Source of the DNA: Lama guanicoe
Lineage: Eukaryota
DNA: 64,000 nt
Direction of reading: 5' to 3'
Assembly (NCBI GenBank): GCA_013239625.1
Contig: MU054117.1
Coordinates: 994,001-1,058,000 of the forward strand
Shown: positions 60,978 to 64,000 of the stretch, in pieces
Position numbering within the stretch: position 1 is the first letter of the stretch
How the letters are laid out: the number at the start of each line of letters is the position of its first letter
Position numbers and translations under genes: made by a program
The notes under the pieces: generated by a model
What the model saw: the letters and a program-made list of their open reading frames with translations, nothing else
Told to the model about the DNA's origin: nothing
Databases searched by the model: none

Positions 60978-63329
60978 GACGGCAGGGAGGCAGAAGGGCG
61001 GTGGGGGTGTGAGCGTGTGTGTCTGTGCGTGTGTGTCGAAGAGGCAGGGGGTGGCAGGAGGCATACTGGACAAAGCACGGACACAGGGAGGCACCGGCAG
61101 ACCCTCAGCCCCTACTCCCCACTGCAGCCGGGGTGGGGGCGGGGGAAGCCTACTCCCGCGGAGGCTGGGCAGCCTGGCCCAAGGCAGCAGGAGCTGAGAC
61201 TTCAGGAATGGTGACACTTAGGAAGCAAAGCCGGCAGGGCTTGGCTGTCGCTCATCTGGGGGCCTGTCATGAAGCGCACGTGGAGGAGGGGTGGTTTCCG
61301 GCGTGGCTGGGCTGCTGACAATGAGGCTCGGGGAGGAGCGCGGCCAGAGTCAGCAGTAATCCGATGGCGCTGACAGCAGCAGGAGCACCAGCTGGGGCCT
61401 CGCGTGCCGGATACCGCTCTCCGCGCTCTGGGGTTGCCTCCCGGCGCGTCACCGACACCCAGCGAGGCTGCGCGGCCGAGGAGCCCGAGTTCCCTTCCTC
61501 CTGACTGTGCCCGTCGGGCAGCCCATTCAGAGACAAGGCTGTTCTCTCGGGAGAGGGGGGCCCACAGCCGTGCTTCCCAAAGCCCACTCCCATGTGGGAG
61601 ATGCTGGCGGCAGCACGGGGCCAGTCTCACGAGTAAGGGGATCTGGGTCCCCTGGGCCCAGACGGACGACCTCAGGGTCTGATCCCGACCTTCCGAGAGC
61701 GTGTGGCCCCCCTGTCCCGACCATGTGTGGCTCTCAGCCAAGTCTCTCTTGGAAGCTCCCACGCCCTTGGGCAGAGGGGCCGTGTCTCTGCGTGTTTCCC
61801 AGCCCCGCTGTCACTCCTGAGGGAAGCAGCAGCCGCTTTGCTCCGGGACCCACGGGTATTCCCCGGGTTTGATAGGCTGGGGCGGCGGGGGGCCGGGGAC
61901 TGCCCCCGCCCACCGTGAGTGCCGGGAGCCAGGCCGGTAGAGGTGGCTCGCTGCAGAGGCTGAGCAGGGCCCAGGAGCCCGGGCTCCTGTGGGCGCTTTG
62001 CCGTCTCCGGACGTCAGGGTCCCTGGTGGTCAAGCGCAGTGGTCAGACTTGGTGACAGAAGCAAGGCCTTGCTGGGGGCTTTGCTTCTCCAGACCCGGCA
62101 CCTCTGAGCCCGGGGCTGCTGGGGCCGTCCCTGCCCAGAGCCAGCTGGGCCCTGACGGGGGATGCAGGCCCGCTGGGTCGTGACCCTGCCGTGGGAACCG
62201 GAGCAGGCACGGCCACAATGTCTGTCAGGTGAAGGGTTTGAACTGAGCGTGGCCTCTTCCAGCCCCGGCAGCCAGCTCTCCTCTCCTCTGGGGCTCTTCC
62301 TTTTGGGTTAAGGTGTAAGTCCAGGGACGGTCACTGCCAAAGGTGGCTGTGGTGCTGGGTGTGAAGTGGCCACCCCTGTCTCTGCCTCCACGCCCTGAAC
62401 AGGGTTCTCTGAGGGACCCCGGGGCTTTGCCATCCCACGTGGCCTCTGCGTTGGCGCAATCAGGGATGCCGAGCAAGCTGTGTGCCTTTCCCGCCCCTCG
62501 GGGAGCCCAGTGTCCCCACAGCCAGCTCACTGTCGCGCGCTCAGGCCAGCCACGTGGCCCCTGCCTGCTTCCCCCAAACGCCTTCGGAGCTGAGCCTGAG
62601 ACCCCCCTGTGACCTTGGCCAAGGGCACTGATGGTCAAAGGGGAGGGTGAGGGAGGACCTATGAGGTCAGGATCCACCTTATTGTTTCACGGCGCAGACA
62701 GGCCCAGACCGGAGTCCTGACCGGCCCAGGACGGGGCACCTTGTTCACGGTGGACCAGGACCCCGGCCTCGGCCTCCCTCCCCAGCACAGCACAGCTCTC
62801 TCCCCCAAGGGGCTCAGCGCTCCAACCTTCAGAAGTCTGTTTATTTATAAAACTGCAGCTTCTCCCAGCATCGGAAAGCGTTTTACAGGCATTAATTAAG
62901 GAAGGTTCACGGCAAGCCTGGGAGGGGAGGGAGAAGGGAGGGGTCTGGGGTCATCAGAGGACCAGCTTCCCTGCTGCTGCCTCTCCTGTCTCTCCCCTTA
63001 GCGTCAGTCTGCTCAGGACACGCGCACGTGGGCACACACGTGCACACGCACTGGCATCACACATCAGTGCCCCTGCATCCTTCGTGACAGACCTCTGCTA
63101 ACTCCACCGTGACGGCATCTCCTGCACCTACCGGGGCCGCGTCCCCTGTGGTCTGACCCCCACCAGGGGTGCCCCACCGTCATCCCACACCCCCGCCAAA
63201 GTCCTCTCCTGGGTGTCGCGCACGCTTCAGCTCAAGTCGCCCCCCTGCGGGGGGAGACCATCCTTCGCCTCCTCCTTCAGGGAGGAGGGCGTGGAGGAGG
63301 CGGCAGGACCCAGAGGACTGCTGTCCTGG

Positions 63330-63720
63330 CTGCCTGGGCCGGTGACACAGCGCCACAGGCTTGGACAGCAGGCACTGACCACCGCTCAGGCTGGAGGCCG
63401 CAAGGCAGACCAAGACGCCCCGTGGAGTTGGTTACCCCAAGAGCTTGAGGACGGCTCTGTTTCAGGCCCCTCGCTTGCCTCGGGGTGCTTTCTGGCCGTC
63501 TGCATGCAGATGCAGCGCCCCATCACTGCCTTCACCCTCCCACAGTGTCCCGCCGTGGGCAGCTGTCTCCACATTTCTCTTCCATAAGGACACCTGTCGT
63601 GTCGCATTAGGGCCCGCCCTGCTCCAGTAAGGCCCAGATCAGGTCACGTGCACAGGTCCTGGTGTGAGGGCTTCAGTGTACAAATTTGGCGGTGGGGCGC
63701 AGTCTTCCAAACCACTGTGT
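63330..63720 (-). mobile_element. MLT1 (MaLR) LTR remnant
   Basis: …ttccataaggacacc…attagggcccgccct…aggtcac…acaggtcctggtgtgagggcttcagtgtacaaattt…. Confidence 0.6.
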
Positions 63721-64000
63721 TCCTGAAACTCCACAAATTGGGGGTCCCTCCCAGACCAGCAGTTGTCACCAGTGGCCTGAGTGACTCACCAAAGAAACGT
63801 TCCTTCTCAGACAGCAGGGTGTGGGCCGCTGACCGGTGGCTGCGGCTTCTCAGCTGGAGAACCGGGTGGCCCCTTCCCTGGCTTGGGCGTGCGCGTGCAG
63901 ATCACCAGGCGTGCCTCCCTGGGTGTGGGGAGCCCTAGCCCCACGGCCCAGAGCCGGGGCCTCTGTCTTGTGCTCTTTGTCACCGTCGTGGACTCCCTTC

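Noticed and set aside
57800..64000. CACNA2D4 or other coding exons downstream of DCP1B
   Set aside because: No recognisable peptide or exon found; the gene probably begins beyond the window.

Overview
Mammalian genomic DNA, GC-rich and very probably camelid (it contains a Vic-1-type tRNA-derived SINE). The window holds the complete DCP1B gene (mRNA decapping cofactor) on the + strand. It has a CpG-island promoter at about 14 kb and 9 coding exons (14282-56226) that join with canonical GT-AG boundaries into a 559-aa open frame. Inside DCP1B intron 3, on the - strand, lies a 136-nt coding first exon (41450->41315) that I recognise as CACNA1C exon 1a, the cardiac long N-terminus of Cav1.2, preceded by TEAD, MEF2-like, GATA and AP-1 motifs. 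A transcript from it would run antisense through DCP1B exons 3, 2, 1 and its promoter and leave the window at position 1. From memory this overlap is also annotated in human, so it is striking but probably not new. Lineage-specific points are AT->GC-type amino-acid changes in DCP1B, a roughly 58-aa shorter exon 7 without the polyQ tract, and a duplicated triple AP-1 site. The rest is L1, L2, MIR, LTR and hAT repeats, and most listed ORFs are GC-content artefacts. All family and orthology calls are from recalled sequences, not database searches. I found no clearly novel biological system.
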